NCBI GenBank assembly: GCA_002269645.1
Contig: NIVC01001942.1
Location: 65,617-129,616 of the forward strand
DNA: 64,000 nt
Direction of reading: 5' to 3'
Origin: Macrostomum lignano
Lineage: Eukaryota
Below the pieces are notes generated by a model. The model worked only from the letters and a program-made list of their open reading frames with translations, did not search any database and was not told where the DNA came from. Of this stretch, positions 60,652-64,000 are shown one piece after another; positions within the stretch are counted from its first letter, which is position 1; the number at the start of each line of letters is the position of its first letter. The translations under genes were made by a program, and so were the position numbers.

Positions 60652-61397
60652 TATAGCTTTTTGCAGCCCATTTGGGCTTTCGCGCATTGAATTTGATCCA
60701 AGATATGTTTGTCAAAGTAATGGAGCTTTTGTCTATGGTAGCAAGGCTGGCGCAGCGGCATTTGATTTGGTCCAACCAGCATCAATTTGGTCCATTTAGT
60801 TCATTTGCAGCTCAGTCCCAGAATTGTGGACCATATGCTAGGCTGTTGAACGAATGTCATTGGCTTGTGATCGAAGCACTCGACGGAGGTGAACACCCAA
60901 AGGACATTGCAAGGTTGCTGAATGTAAAAGAAAAGGTGGCTTACAGCATCCAGCAGCGACTTGAAACTCTGCCGGCAGAGATTGCCTGCGAAAGGGGAAT
61001 CGCCAAGGAAAGTTGCTCGAGAGCCTCAGGTCCAACTGCTACTCGATGCAGTGGAGACGAACCCTTTGTTGAAGTTTCAGAAAATGCAGAAGAAGTTGAG
61101 GGAACAGCTCAAGTTGGTTATCAGATTTCGACTATCAGCAGAGCTCTGGAAAAGCAACTGAAAATTGCTGGTAGAGACGCTGACATTCCAGCGGTGCGCA
61201 ACAACCTGCAGACGGTTGAGAGAAGGCAAGAGTGTCCAATGGCTCACGAGTGTTTGGACCAAATTGATGCTTTTTGGACCGGATTGAATGCCGCTGCGCC
61301 AGCCTTGCTACCATAGACAAAGGCTCCGTTACATTGGCAAACGTATCTTGGATTAAATTCAGTGCGCGTGAGCCCAAATGGGCTGCAAAATGCTATA
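60652..61397 (+). mobile_element. Internally deleted Tc1-like element with about 140-bp TIRs
   Basis: 60652-60790 and 61260-61397 are diverged inverted repeats with TA at both ends. The interior encodes a paired-like HTH, LVIEALDGGEHPKDIARLLNVKEKVAYSIQQRL, and a frameshifted second HTH segment. No catalytic domain. Confidence 0.78.
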
Positions 61398-61944
61398 GTA
61401 TATTAGTAAACATATTGTTACTAATATTAATTTGCCTCGCTTGTGTCCTATGCTTATCAAGTACTTTTCTGTGAAAGTATTTCTAATATTTTATTTGGAT
61501 TATTTTCCCTGTGTGTGTCAGGATGTTGTCATTTTTAACTTAATTGTTTTTACTGGGGTTAATTTTATTATTATTTATTTATTTATTTAAAGCGTTAGTG
61601 TCTGCCTCCCGCATTCCAACGTTTGCCTATTGTGTCCGTTTCAATATTATCACCTTTACTAATGATAATTTCTATATATACGACTATGAACTTTTAATTA
61701 TCTATCGCTTTATGCTAAAATATTATATCTTGCTACAGAACCGGCCTCAGATCACTCCTGATCAGTATATATGCACTTATATAGATAAATACAAGCAACT
61801 CCCCTTTTGCCGCTATATTTGTGTCTACATTATTTTAAACTTTATTTTAATTTTTGTGCCGATTTAACTTCTCGTATTCTAATTCTTTATTCGTTGTGCT
61901 AAATTTATCAGTAAACACCAGAGTACATACTTTCTTGCCTTTCT

Positions 61945-62990
61945 AGTCTCTCTGCCTCTCTCCCTGCTCCTCTCCCTGCCTCCCTCCCTGCTTCTCTCCC
62001 TGCCTCCCTCCCTGCTTCTCTCCCTGCCTCCCTCCCTGCTTCTCTCCCTGCCTCCCTCCCTGCTTCTCTCCCTGCCTCCCTCCTGCTTCTCCCTGCCTCC
62101 CTCCCTGCTCCTCTCCTTCTCCCTCCCTGCTCCTCTCCCTTCCTCCTCTCCTGCTTTCTCCCTGCTCCTCCGTGCCCTGCTCTCTCCTGCTCCTCCCTGC
62201 TTCTCTCGCCTGCCTCCCTCCCTGCTCCTCCCTTCCTCCCTCCCTGCTCCTCTCCCTTCCTCCTCTCCTGCTTCTCTCCTGCCTCCCTCCCTGCTTCTCT
62301 CCCTGCTCCCTCCCTGCTTCTCTCCCTGCCTCCCTCCCCTGCTCCTCTCCCTTCCTCCCTCCCTGCTCCTCTCCCTTCCTCCCTCCCTGCTCCTCTCCCT
62401 TCCTCCCTCCCTGCTCCTCTCCCTTCCTCCCTCCCTGCTTCTCTCCCTGCCTCCCTCCCTGCTCCTCTCCCTGCCTCCCTCCCTGCTTCTCTCCCTGCCT
62501 CCCTCCCTGCTTCTCTCCCTGCCTCCCTCCCTGCTTCTCTCCCTGCCTCCCTCCCTGCTTCTCTCCCTGCCTCCCTCCCTGCTCCTCTCCCTGCCTCCCT
62601 CCCTGCTTCTCTCCCTGCCTCCCTGCTCCTCTCCCTGCCTCTCTTTGTGCCTCCCTGCTCCTCTCCCTGCCTCCCTGCCCCTCTCCTGCCTCCCTGCTCC
62701 TCTCCCTGCCTCTCTCCGTGCCTCCCTGCTCCTCTCCCTGCCTCTCTCCGTGCCTCCCTGCTCCTCTCCCTGCTTCCCTGATCCTCTCCCTGCCTCCCTC
62801 AATGCTTCTCTCCCTGCCTCCCTGCTCCTCTCCCTGCCTCCTCCCTGCCTCTCTCCTTGCTTCTCTCCCTGCCTCCTTCCCTGCTCCTCTCCCTGCCTCC
62901 CTCCCTGCCTCTCTCCTTGCTTCTCTCCCTGCCTCGCTGCTTCTGTCCCTGCCTCCCTCCCTGCCTCTCTCTCACCCTCTCTCACAGTCT
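61945..62990. repeat. CT-rich low-complexity array (CTCCCTGC core)
   Basis: Pyrimidine-rich degenerate repeats. Confidence 0.93.
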
Positions 62991-63535
62991 CCTTTCGTCT
63001 CTCAAACTTTCTACACCTGTTCATCCACCAAGACTGCCTCCATAATATAGACTGCTATTCACTATAGCTGTTTTCCTTCTTCATCTTCTGATCTCACGTT
63101 CTATAAAAAGTAAGATTTTGTTTGCGCCATTTTATTTTTAACATGCTTTGCCTGTGAACTGTATTTTAAATCAGATAGATTAATTGAACGAAATTGAATT
63201 AGAAAATACATGTTTAATTTAACGGCGAAAAGTCGCAACATCAATCGGCCGAGCTTTTCACTAGAGAAGTTTGGGTCGTTTTGTTGTGCGTGCTTTTTTC
63301 AATAAAAACTTATTCATAATAAGCATTTCACTTGTCTCATTGGAGCGCTTTGGTTGTCTTGCTGTATTAATTATTAGTCTTATGGCCAAGTATCCATGTA
63401 TCTATATCAATATTCCAGCAGTTCGCATTAGATTCAGTTGAACTTCAGCGCAATGCACTGTCCGTGGGCGTCCGGCACTTTCAGTTTTTTTATTTTGCAC
63501 CGAGATCGCCTTGCAGCTGACAAGACTCTTTAAGC

Positions 63536-63605
63536 CAGGGGTCGGCAAACTTTTTTACCTAAAGGCCAGATAGGGAATGCAGCTCTTGTCTGCGGGCCAG
63601 ACGAG
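63536..63605 (+). mobile_element. Left end of a hAT/Charlie-type non-autonomous element
   Basis: CAGGGGTCGGCAAACTTTTTT...AAAGGCCAGATAG is the typical Charlie-family terminus. It is preceded by CTTTAAGC, which has the central TA of a hAT-Charlie TSD. The right end is not in the window. Confidence 0.6.
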
Positions 63606-63639
63606 AGTGGAAAGAAAAAAGAATGGAAGACGAAAAATG

Positions 63640-64000
63640 AGAGAAGAGAGGAGAGGCGGGAATGAGATGAGAGAAAAGAACGTCGTAAAAGAGATAGAGA
63701 AGAGAGGGAGAGTGAAGAGAGAGGGAGAAAAAAAAAGAAGGGAGAGGGAAAGAGAGAAGGGAGAGGGGAAAGAAGAGAAGGGAGAGGGGAAAGAAGAGAA
63801 GGGAGAGGGGAAAGAAGAGAAGGGAGAGGGGAAAGAAGAGAGGGGAGAGGGGAAAGAAGAGAGAGGGAAAGAAGAGAGGGGAGAGGGGAAAGAAGAGAAG
63901 GGAGAGGGGAAAGAAGAGAGGGGAAGGGGAAAGAGAAAGGGAGAGGGGAAAGAAGAGAAGGGAGAGGGAAAGAAGAGAGGGGAGAGGGAAAGAAGAGAAG
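63640..64000. repeat. GA-rich low-complexity/21-bp repeat (GGGAGAGGGGAAAGAAGAGAA)
   Basis: Purine-only tandem copies running to the window end. Confidence 0.9.

Noticed and set aside
60672-61377. Two convergent paralogous genes with similar N-termini
   Set aside because: The similarity comes from translating the two TIRs of one Tc1-like element.

Overview
Eukaryotic (animal) genomic DNA with GT-AG introns. Minisatellite-filled introns and GC-rich exons are consistent with a macrostomid flatworm such as Macrostomum; this assignment is my inference. Six protein-coding genes could be built by hand: intronless NEDD8 (11431-11664), a 5-exon Iroquois homeobox gene (19389-25678), an FGD-type DH-PH-FYVE-PH RhoGEF in one long exon (to 38285), a 3-exon secreted 10-cysteine three-finger (Ly6/uPAR) protein (39269-40691), an 8-exon CLHC1 (minus strand, 41143-44776) and a 5-exon SAC2/INPP5F phosphatase (47617-59661). 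The first 11 kb is a transposon island with MULE and mariner relics, several MITE/foldback elements and a near-intact 3.2-kb Chapaev-type (RAG1/Transib-related) transposon. That element has 125-bp CAC...GTG TIRs, an ATA TSD and one in-frame stop. The window also holds tRNA-derived SINEs, an RTE-like fragment, a Tc1 derivative, many tandem arrays and a 475-N gap. Main leads: (1) the RAG1-related transposon; (2) strong CpG and apparently CpA C-to-T decay in transposon relics, which looks RIP-like; (3) intronic minisatellites whose units carry sense-strand splice signals, including an in-frame, stop-free 1326-nt Irx intron; (4) a GPI-less three-finger protein.
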